NCBI GenBank assembly: GCA_004764695.1
Contig: SMSO01000033.1
Coordinates: 2,666,001 to 2,730,000, forward strand
Origin: Schizochytrium sp. TIO01
Lineage: Eukaryota; Protista; Bigyra: Labyrinthulomycetes
DNA: 64,000 nucleotides
Direction: 5' to 3'
The number at the start of each line of letters is the position of its first letter. The stretch's first letter is position 1. Below are positions 23,333 through 33,200 of the stretch, in pieces. The notes beneath the pieces were generated by a model, which saw nothing but the letters and a program-made list of their open reading frames with translations, ran no database searches and was not told the origin of the DNA. Both the position numbers and the translations under genes were made by a program.

Positions 23333-25250
23333 GCTGCTCGAAAGGGCCGCTGTTGTGGATCTAAACTTCAATGTCCTTGCTCAATGTCTGCAGTTCTGGC
23401 CGTCTCGTCAGCCGACAGCTCGTCTTGCGCCGCGAAGGGCCTTACGCGCTTCCTCACAAGGTCTCGGCCACTCAGCAGACCATGACGCGACTACAATTAG
23501 CGTCTGCAGTCGGTGACCTGGTCCCTCTTCGATGTATTCGCGTGAGCTTCTATGCACTGCAGCAATGTATTTCCTGTAGGAGTCCACCTTTTGTAAATCC
23601 ACGCATGCCCACTCTCGCTTGGACAAGCAAAACTTGGATTCGTAATACTGTAATACCACGGTGCTATGCCCAGCGCAGCTTTAGGGGATACACCTGGTCT
23701 TTATTTTAAAGTGCGAATAACAACTCATTATAAAAATACTACACCTCGCCAAGTATTCGTTATTAAAAACAAAGTGTATTCCGCGAGGACGGAAACAATT
23801 CTTCGCTGATTACCGACTAGGCGCTTCTTCGTGAGGAAATGGAAAAGAATCCATTCTCGACATTTGCAGTCCCTTGGCTTTTCTGTGTGGCCCCGTTGAT
23901 CCATGACACGGACTCTCGCGTAAGCTGGGAGCAGGGAAGCACTTTGTAATGCCTTGGAAAGCATCCAGGTGCCCCGAGATCACCTTCTGCAAGAACCGCT
24001 AAATTTGGACAAGGGCCACGATGGCGGCGAAGACGAAGACGAAGACGAAGACGAAGATGCCCACGTACGAGTTGAAGGAATGCATGCATGTCGCTGAAGA
24101 AAATGCTGGTGACCGCCCGATAGATCCTGAGTTTCAAGATATCGCTTTTATTACATCTTGTCGAACGAATGACACGCCCTGCGGATCTTGTGCCTTTCCT
24201 GGGAACTTACGCACTTCGGATTCTACAGCCGCGCTTGTCCACAAACTCTTTTGGCACTGCTGGAGGGAGATAAATGTCTTGGAAGTCCATGCTCAATGTC
24301 GGCCTTGCGAGTGGTTAGTCACTTCGAGGAGGGATCGTATTCCATATGCATCTGCCTCGATAGAGAGTGTACTTCGAGCGCGATGAACTGGACGAATCGT
24401 TCGACATGACCCATCAAGTAATGCTGCTTGTCATTGCATTGAATGAGCTATCATTGGCTCTTCCGCGCATTTCCTCGTCATGGCAGAACATAACTTGATT
24501 GGGAAACAAACGTCTGCGATGAAAGTTGATTCGTTTGCAGCCCATTTCATTGGAGTTTGGAGCTGCAGAAGAGCTCTTATGCTGACTCTTGAAAGGAAGA
24601 CTTCGAAGAACCGTGTCAGTGTAATCCTTTTTCGATGAGTCGCAAATTGATCGGTTGTTACGGAATAAGGGTATCGCAATTCTGTGCTCTATAAGTTCGG
24701 CGGTAGCGTTTAGGGTAACTAGATGCTAGTAGGTAGGTAAGAGGAATCTCTTTGCATAGATAGATAGCACTTAGAGAATGCGACGAAGTTGAACTTGAGG
24801 TGAGATAATCCCTTCTGCAAGAACTACTTGAACTTTTTGCGCTTTTGTTTCCATGGATGTTTCGATAGCTCAAATCTATCATCAAATACCTCGCACACTG
24901 GTTTATTTATTACCAATCCGGGCTGCTAAACCCGCATGGACGAGCAAATACGGTCTTGATCAGCTCGAGTAAGTTCTAAGTAAAGTATTATCCCGAAGTT
25001 GCAGACTATCAGAATCATTCATTCCCAACGAATGGCGGAGTACCGATGGTGACATCACCATCGGCGTGAGCTGGAAGAACCCATCACTGTTGGAATCTCC
25101 AAATATACAGCAGCGGCATGCCGCTATTGCTTGACTTCGGAATAGACTCTTGTATTTTAAAGATGAAACATGTGCCGGTGAGACCACTCATTACTAAAAT
25201 TGAGTGATTCGCGGCAAAAGCAATTGAGATCATCAAAATAATAACAAAAG

Positions 25251-25310
25251 TAAAGCAAAGTAAAGCAAAGCAAAGCAAAGCAAAGCAAAGCAAAGCAAAG
25301 CAAAGTAAAG
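25251..25310 (+). repeat. (YAAAG)12 pentanucleotide microsatellite
   Basis: taaagcaaag...caaagtaaag read directly. Confidence 0.95.
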
Positions 25311-25473
25311 GCCGTTCATCACAGTACAAGTGGCCACCTTGCCTTCTCATTGTTCGTGCTAGTGGGCTGACTCTGTGTCACGCCAGCGCTCCCGAGATTA
25401 CTTCGGACATTCTTTGTCACTCCGTGGGGGCCTGGCACTTCGCGTCTCGCTGGCTGGGCCTGGAATCAACGTC

Positions 25474-26115
25474 ATGCTTGCAGCGTCTGCCATGAGTGGG
25501 GCTAGACGCCTTTTCACAAACTGGCAAGCTCGTAGGAGTATTCGAGTCCCAAATGGCGCTACGAAGCTTTCTTTGCGCAAGAATCTTGGGCATCTCCAGA
25601 TCTGCAGTCAAAGTGTAGTACTTGCAACGCACGAAGGGTTTCGTACACAATCATCTCGAATGTTCTCGTCTGGAGGAGCCGAAGAAGAGGATTCTGAAGT
25701 GCCTCAAAGCGTCGATGTGCCGCAGGGTGCAATTAGATTCAAGGCTGTGCGGTCCTCAGGTCCTGGAGGTCAAGCTGTGAACAAACAGTCTACATGCGTG
25801 GAGGCGCGGGTGAATCTGTACGAGGCGTACTGGCTGCCAAATGATGCTCGGGAGAGGCTCATGGAGAATGAGAAGAACCGTATTAACAAGGATGGGGACC
25901 TCTTCGTGGTTGTCCAGCAGGAACGGACTCAAGAGGCAAATAAGCGCATTGCACAAAAACGTATGCAGGAGATCCTCGATGCCTCGCTGATCGAACCCAA
26001 GGAGCGAGACATGTGGACTGGTCTGGCAGATGTAACTAAGGAAAAACGCAAAGAAGGCAAAAGGTTTCGTTCGAAAATCAAGCAGGCTCGGAAAGTCACA
26101 AAATTTGACTGGTAA
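25474..26115 (+). CDS. ICT1: ICT1/ArfB(YaeJ)-family peptidyl-tRNA hydrolase, probably mitochondrial
   Basis: RSSGPGGQAVNK (GGQ), NRINKDGDL, QQERTQEANK and a basic C-terminal tail. The Arg/Ser-rich N-terminus resembles a transit peptide. First ATG at 25474. Confidence 0.85.
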   Translation: MLAASAMSGARRLFTNWQARRSIRVPNGATKLSLRKNLGHLQICSQSVVLATHEGFRTQSSRMFSSGGAEEEDSEVPQSVDVPQGAIRFKAVRSSGPGGQAVNKQSTCVEARVNLYEAYWLPNDARERLMENEKNRINKDGDLFVVVQQERTQEANKRIAQKRMQEILDASLIEPKERDMWTGLADVTKEKRKEGKRFRSKIKQARKVTKFDW

Positions 26116-26854
26116 TTTACCTGTAAACTCCACGCAGTATTTGTCACCTTGCCGGTGCTAATGCTGCCACGCCATGTACACTGCAGGTTTTGTCTTGGCA
26201 ATTATATTACCGGGAATTAATTTGATTCCTCTGTCAATATTATCCAGAACATCGAGTATACTCACACTGAGACTCTGGCTCTGGTATTTCAGCTTCTAGT
26301 TCTGGTTTTAAGCTTTAGTTCTTGAAAAGTGAAGCCTTTAATTGGGTACAGTACATTTTCATCAATTGTTGCATATATGTACTTTTGTCAATTTTTCGAT
26401 AATGAAATACTGGAATAGCTTGCACCGGCAACTATCCCCCGGACATTGTTCAAGTATTTACAACTTGTCCCGGCTGAGTTAAGCCGGGGTCTCTGACTGG
26501 AAAGATGTTTAGGTGACCTGGGTGGTAGCATCAAAAGATTCATAGAGTCGCGCGAATTAACAGGGTGCGCTCAAAGTGCACGTCTTCATATTTAGGCCAT
26601 AAAATATGGAGGTCAAAGTGCTTGATCTTCGCAGTCATCGGTCAGAAGATCTTTTCGAAAGGTAATTGTCACCGACGCTGCTTTATTGCGGAATCTCAGA
26701 GAAGTCTTGCGAGGATGTTAAATCCAACTGGAACAATATTCTGATTATTTTAAAGATAAAAAGAAACAGAGACTGTCTTACCATCTTGAAACTTGAATTA
26801 AGAGAAAATACAAATTAAAAATATATATTCATAGACAAATTACTTCGAGGGTTT

Positions 26855-28441
26855 TTATCGTCTTGCCGTTTGTACATCATCACCTTTGATGGATCGGATA
26901 AAATTTTCAATGTTCGTATAGGAATTCTGAATGTTTTCCGGGACATAAGTGGTTTTATTTGATCCTTTTGGACCCTTTGAGCGAATGGAGACTGCACTTT
27001 CGCAGTTTATTGAACTCACTTGATTCGTATTACGAAATGAGCACTCAAGCTGGACGTTAACCGTATTTTGCCGTCCACTTTCGGGCCGGAAGAGCTTGAA
27101 GTTCTTTCCTGGACACCAACAGAGTTTAACAACAATGTGCTGTCCGTATACTTCAATTGACGAGGTATCTTTTCTTCCACTTGTTTTGCAGATGGTCCTC
27201 CCTCCGTGCGCTCCGCCAGTGCGAAGGATGTATTTTTGAAGGCGGTGTTCAATTTCCCATGAGTAGACATTTTCTACATTTTCTACACCCCCGCTTTCCA
27301 AAGCTTGCTGGAAGTTTACGATAACCTGGATTGTGTCTGGAAGCCCAGAATGGGCCAATACGATGTAGCTGAAGCGGTAATCCTTGTACGGGTAATATGC
27401 AGGTACGGAGAGGGTATCTTTCACCAAAGTCGGAGGTGAATATGGGGTTTCTCCTGGAGTGAGGCTTTCAGAGTCGTTTGGATTTGGAGGCTGGCCTCCC
27501 TGTTGACGCCGCGTTGTCCTTTGAGCTCCTGTGGATCCATGGGTTGTTGGGCTTTGACTGAGTTCCTGAGAGGATCGTAAACTTTGGGAGTGACTGCTGT
27601 CTGTTGCTGATCGGGAGCTGCCATTGCTATCAGCCACATTGCTGGAGCCTATAATTATGGAATCGTCAACAATTGTGTCGTCTCCATTGAAGGTTGTAAT
27701 ATCTTCGGGAATGAACGTTTGACTGAGTCCCTGAGAGGATGGTAAACTTTGGGAGTGACTGCTGCCTGTTGCTGATCGGGAGCTGCCATTGCTATCAGCC
27801 ACATCGCTGGAGCCTATAATTATGAAATCGTCAACAATTGTGTCGTCTCCGTTGAAGTTTGTAATATCTCCAGGAGTAGGCGAGTCTCTGTCATCGATGT
27901 CACTGGAGAATCCAGTCTCGGGGTTCCATGGATCATTGAGGTGGGTGGAAAAGATTCCATTTGGGATAGGCAGGGAGCCGAAGTGGTCTTCTGTACTTGT
28001 AAAAGGTAGTAGATAGGGTCCGTTTGAGACAGGCTGCGAGTCGAAGTGGTCTTCTGTACTTGTAAAATGTAGTAGATAGGGTCCGTTTGAGACAGGCTGC
28101 GAGTCGAAGTGGTCTTCTGTACTTGTAAAAGGTAGTAGATAGGGTCCATTTGGGATAGGCAGGGAGCCGAAGTGGTCTTCTGTACTTGTATTAGGCATGA
28201 AACCGAAGTTGTCGTCTGGGCTCGTTGTTAAGCCACCGTACATAGAGTCTTGAGGGTCATAATTATGAGCCAACGGCCCGCTTTGAAGGTTATCTTCTGG
28301 GCTGACATCAAAAACTTCGTCGTTGCCGTCGTCAAGGGGCGGTTGGTTGAAGAGGTCTGATCCAAGCTCAAGTTGACTGTGACGTTTCGGCACAGACCCT
28401 GGTTCCTGAAACCCCTGGCTAGAGAGCTCCCGCTTCGTCAT
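26855..28441 (-). CDS. Hypothetical protein: acidic, Ser/Pro-rich repeat-containing N-terminus and a ~170-aa globular C-terminal domain
   Basis: 528-aa ATG-initiated ORF with in-frame tandem repeats. No family recognised with confidence. Confidence 0.7.
   Translation of the reverse strand: MTKRELSSQGFQEPGSVPKRHSQLELGSDLFNQPPLDDGNDEVFDVSPEDNLQSGPLAHNYDPQDSMYGGLTTSPDDNFGFMPNTSTEDHFGSLPIPNGPYLLPFTSTEDHFDSQPVSNGPYLLHFTSTEDHFDSQPVSNGPYLLPFTSTEDHFGSLPIPNGIFSTHLNDPWNPETGFSSDIDDRDSPTPGDITNFNGDDTIVDDFIIIGSSDVADSNGSSRSATGSSHSQSLPSSQGLSQTFIPEDITTFNGDDTIVDDSIIIGSSNVADSNGSSRSATDSSHSQSLRSSQELSQSPTTHGSTGAQRTTRRQQGGQPPNPNDSESLTPGETPYSPPTLVKDTLSVPAYYPYKDYRFSYIVLAHSGLPDTIQVIVNFQQALESGGVENVENVYSWEIEHRLQKYILRTGGAHGGRTICKTSGRKDTSSIEVYGQHIVVKLCWCPGKNFKLFRPESGRQNTVNVQLECSFRNTNQVSSINCESAVSIRSKGPKGSNKTTYVPENIQNSYTNIENFIRSIKGDDVQTARR
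27553..27869 (-). repeat. Two-copy 165-bp (55-aa) in-frame tandem duplication
   Basis: GACTGAGT anchor at 27556 and 27721. Encodes DIT(N/T)FNGDDTIVDD(F/S)IIIGSS(D/N)VADSNGSSRSAT.. twice. Confidence 0.9.
27956..28191 (-). repeat. About four copies of a 63-bp (21-aa) in-frame tandem repeat
   Basis: GAAGTGGTCTTCTGTACTTGTA at 27980, 28043, 28106 and 28169. Encodes TSTEDHF(GSLPIP/DSQPVS)NGPYLL(P/H)F. Confidence 0.92.
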
Positions 28442-30226
28442 GTTGTATATCTCAATACCTCCAATGCAAGGAATCTCAATGCAGGGGATCCTGGCAGTCC
28501 AACAATTTCTGCAGAGACTATTTTCTTGAGCTCGAAGTTTCCGGTCTGCCGGCAGGGGCTAGAACCCGCTTTCTACTATAACATAGGGCTATCATACATT
28601 AGACATGCCTACAAAGTAAAAGGGTACCTGTATCTATTAGTCTGCATATAAACAACATTGAGGTCGATCAAAATCGAGGCAGATTTAGCTATACTTTTAT
28701 TATTATACCCCACCTCCAGCTTTGGACCTCATACATTCATATTGACTCGTCTCGCATACTGGGGGGCAATACGGGATTCATGTAAACCAGCAAATCTGGA
28801 AGAACTTTCTGCACACCAAAAGCGCTGCGATCGAGCCAAGCAAGCAACTTGAGCCTTGGAAAGATCCCATTGCTTTACGCTGACCAGAGCTTAAAGAGTG
28901 ACGATTGTATTGATTGCTTCTACGAGATCTCTGATGAAACATGCAAAGTACTACTTACTACCTAATCGAGACTATAGCATCCTAGCACGTGTCGAAAAGA
29001 AAACGTGCTGCTACAAATGAATCGAGTTCACTGCTCCAAAGAAGCTCGACGGTCTTCAAGCCGTCTCGAAGCGAAGCGACCTGGGAAGGCCGCCAGGTGC
29101 TGCGGCCACACGATGCACAGCCCGAAGTCGAGCGTGTAGGTGATTAATTAGACGAAAGCGGAAGGTTCGCTCGGCCAGCGCATGCACCACGGCCACTTGC
29201 GAAATCGAGCGGGCGGAGCACTGTACGACATAGTAGCGGAGTCCTAAGCCGTCTCTGGTGCCCATTACCCGAAGGTAGCTAGATTCTAGGGTACCTTCTT
29301 CGCAACACTACAAAGAGTACTCATACTCAGGTAGGTGCTGCTTGCTTGCCTACTTGAAGGCCCCAGATCAGAGCTAGACAACATTGCCTGGTTGGTTTAT
29401 TGGCTCAGCGTCTGCAGCGATCTTTTGCTCGTGACACACTAGTGCTACGATGGTGTACTTTCTCCAATACGAAAGGAGCCTTCACACTCTGACTAGTCAC
29501 AGGTCACTCCTGTCAATGCTTTGATTGATTGAAGTAGAGTGTCGTCCTACTAAGTAAGGTTAGTAATAATTTTGATTAAACAATTGAGAAATGAAGCAAA
29601 AGGCCTAAAAAAGAGTTAAACTTTGAACTATTTGCTACGGTGTCTTACAAGGCCAGGTAGAGAGGTAGCTATTTGAAGGCAAGTCTTTAGAACGGTCAAT
29701 GTTTAGATATCTATCGAGGTAGTGAGTAGGTAGGTAGGCCACGCTGAAAGACGTAGTAGCTTGTCCTTGTCCTTAGTTTCATGTAAAGGAGAATCCCCTC
29801 TTTCACTTTCACGTTTCGAAAGCATTGCAAAACCCAAGCTACAACACACATTACAGCAATCCAAGTAGAACCAAAGCTGCAATATTTCTTGAGTATTCGT
29901 GGTGTCACAGGAGGTGTGAGGATCACTCCACGAAGCGTATGTTGTGTTGAAAATACTGGAGAGAAAATCTTTAAGGTTCGCATTAAAATCACTGACATTG
30001 TGAGCTCGCAGTAACAGGCAGGATCTACGCAATACACGCATTAAACTGAGTAGCTTCTCCAAGGCATAACGCTGTAAAACAGGCCTTAAGACGCCTCCAA
30101 GATTTAAAAAGGTACTTAAGGACAATTAGACTTCGTGTTGACTTCGTCTTTCGATCTTGAATTCTAGTTGAGTAGAAGGTCCTTGCCAAAAGTTTATTGC
30201 AAGAATTAAACCAGAAAGCACGGAAG

Positions 30227-33200
30227 ATGCCCCCTGTATTTCATATAGAAGACATTAGTCGGTTCACCGCTTTCGTTCAGTAAGTGTATCAAAGCAAGCT
30301 CATTTGGCATAGCTAGTCACATTCAAAAGTCAAAAACCTTATGTAACATCCACTAACTTCTTGCACACTTAAATTATTGAGTGACAGTCTGAGTGAAAAG
30401 AACATTGACGATGTAGGCGCCAAAGCTCTCTCTGGAGCTCTGAAGAGCTGCAAATTTCTGAGGGAATTGCGGTACGTTTGGACAGCAAGCAACAGATACC
30501 GAGATTGTATTCGCATGAGAACGGTAAAGAGTGACTTCTACTCAAAAGTACCGAAGTTCAAAATGAATTAAACAACCTAAGCACTTCCAAGCCGTGCTCG
30601 GAAACAAACGTCTGGAAGACAAGTTACAATGGCACATGGATAATCAAGATAGAAATAGCTTGGCTGACGGTGGCTTGAGAACGAGATACACAGTCTGGGG
30701 GGTAACAACATTGGTGAGGAAGGCGCCAAAGCTCTATCTGGAGCTCTAAAGAGCTGCAAAAAGCTGACCAGTTTGTGGTACGTTTGAATGGCAAGCAAAA
30801 TAATGCTGAGATTGCATCCGCATGAGAACAATGAAAATGATTTCTTTTCAGAGCAATGTCGAAAAAAGCTATCTCCAAATTGAATTCAACAACCTGAGCA
30901 CATCGAAACATGCTTGAAAGCAATTGATTGACAGCGGCATGTGAATGACCAAGATGGGAATTTCTTGGCTGACGGTGGCTTGAGAACGATATACACAGTC
31001 TGGCAGGTAACAACATTGGTGATGAAGGCGTCAGAGCTCTCTTTGGGACTCTGAAAGACTGTGAACATTTGAAAATTTTGGGGTACGTTTGAATGGCAAG
31101 CAGCAAATACGGAGCCCGTGTTCGCATGAAATCGCAACGAGGATTTCTTTTCAGAGCAATATTAAAAATACCAGTCTCCACAATGCATTAAATCACCTGA
31201 GCACATCTAAACATGCTTGAAAGCAATTGATTTACAGCGGCACATGAATAATCGAGATGGGAATAGCTTGGCTGACGGTGGCTTAAGAACGATATACACA
31301 GTCTGGGGGGCAACAACATTGGCGAAGAAGGCGCCAAAGCTCTCTCTGGAGCTCTGGAGAGCTGTAAAAACCTGGCCTTTTTGCAGTACGTTTGAACAGC
31401 AAGCAAAATATGCTGAGATTGTATCCGCATGAGAACGGTAAAGATGATTTCTTTTCAGAGCAATATCGAAAATACCAATCTCCAAATTTAATTAAATCAC
31501 CTGAGCACATCTAAACATGCTTGAAAGCAACTGATTCACAGCGGCACATAAGTAATCGAGATGGGAATCGCTTGGCTGACGTTGGCTTGAGAACGATATA
31601 CACAGCCTTGAAGGCAACAACATTGGAGTTGCAGGCGCCAAAGCTCTATCTGAAGCTCTAAAAGACTGCGAAAAGCTGACCGATTTGTAGTACGTTTGAA
31701 TGGCAAGCAAAATATGCTCCTGAGATTGTATTCGCATGAGAAGCGCAACGAGGATTCATTTTTAGAGCAATATCGAAAATACCAGTCTCCACAATGAATT
31801 AAATCACCTGAGCACATCGAAACATGCTCGGAAGCAATTGATTCACAGAGGCACTTGAATGATTAAGATGGGAATTCCTTGGCTGACGGTGGCTTGAGAA
31901 CGAGATTCACAGCCTAACTGGGAACAACATTGGAGATGAAGGCGTCAAATTTCTCTCTGGGACTCTGGAGAGCTGCGAAAATTTGACAGAATTGGAGTAC
32001 GTTTGAATAGCAAGCAGCAAATACTCAGATTGTATTCGCATAAGCACCGCAATGAGGATTTCTTTTCAGAGCAACATCGAAAATACCAGTCTCCACAATG
32101 AATTAAATCACCTGAGCACATCTAAATATGCTTGAAAGCAATTGATTCACAGCGGCACATAAGTAATCGAGATAGGAATCGCTTGGCTGACGTTGGCTTG
32201 GGAACGATATACACAGCCTTGAAGGCAACAACATTGGCGATGTAGGCGCCAAAGCTCTCTCTGGAGCTCTGAAGGACTGTGAAGGTTTGACAGAATTGTA
32301 GTACGTTTGAATAGCAAGCAAAATATGCTGAGATTGTATTCGCATAAGTACCGCAATGAGGATTTCTTTTCAGAGCAACATCAAAGTACAAAGATCCACC
32401 ATGAATTAGATCACCTGAACACATCTAAACATGCTCGGAAGCAATTTATTCACAGAGGGACATGAATAATCATGATGGGAATAGCTTGGCTGACGTTGGC
32501 TTGAGAACTGTTGACACAGCCTTGAAAGGAACAACATTGGAGATGACGGCGCCAAATCTCTATCTAAAGCTCTGAAGAGCTGTAACAATTTGACCGATTT
32601 GTTGTACGTTTGAATGGCAAGCAAAATATGCTCCTGAGGTTGTATTCGCATGAGAAGCGCAACGAGGATTTCTTTTCAGAGCAACATCGACAATAACAAA
32701 ATCCACAATGAATTAAATCACCTGAGCACATCTAAATATGCTTGAAAGCAACCGATTCACAGCGGCACATAAGTAATCGAGATGAGAATAGCTTGGCTGA
32801 CGTTGGCTTGAGAACGATATACACAGCCTTGAAGGAAACAACATTGGCGAAGAAGGCGCCAAAGCTCTCTCTGAAGCTCTGGAGAGCTGCAAAAATCTGA
32901 CGGTATTGCGGTACGTTTGAACAGCAAGCAAAATATGCTCCTGAGATTGTATCCGCATGAGAACGGTAAAGATGATTTCTTTCCAGAGCAATATCGAAAT
33001 TACCAATCTCCAAATTGATTTAAATCCCCTGAGCACATCTAAACATGCTTGAAAGCAACTGATTCACAGTGGCACATGAGTAATCGAGATGGGAATCTCT
33101 TGGCTAACGTTGGCTTGAGAGCGAGCTACACAGTCTGAGTGATAACAATATTGGCGATGTAGGCGCCAAAGCTCTTTCTGGGGCTCTGGAGAGCTGCAAA

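Noticed and set aside
25043-25064. Perfect 10-bp inverted repeat CCGATGGTGA-CA-TCACCATCGG
   Set aside because: Isolated, with no associated element or recurrence.
23700-25200. Short ORFs such as 24021-24386 (MAAKTKTKTK...)
   Set aside because: Driven partly by a (GAAGAC)n repeat. No recognisable domain or consistent frame.
30313-33036. Repeated minus-strand ORFs (MRIQSQ..., MEIG..., MCSGD...)
   Set aside because: Antisense shadows of the LRR exon/intron units, with inconsistent lengths and frames between copies.
30472-33133. Introns as Introner/MITE-type mobile elements
   Set aside because: They sit at the same position in each duplicated exon, with no terminal inverted repeats or target-site duplications and no copies elsewhere in the window. 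Tandem duplication is sufficient; a genome-wide BLAST would be decisive.
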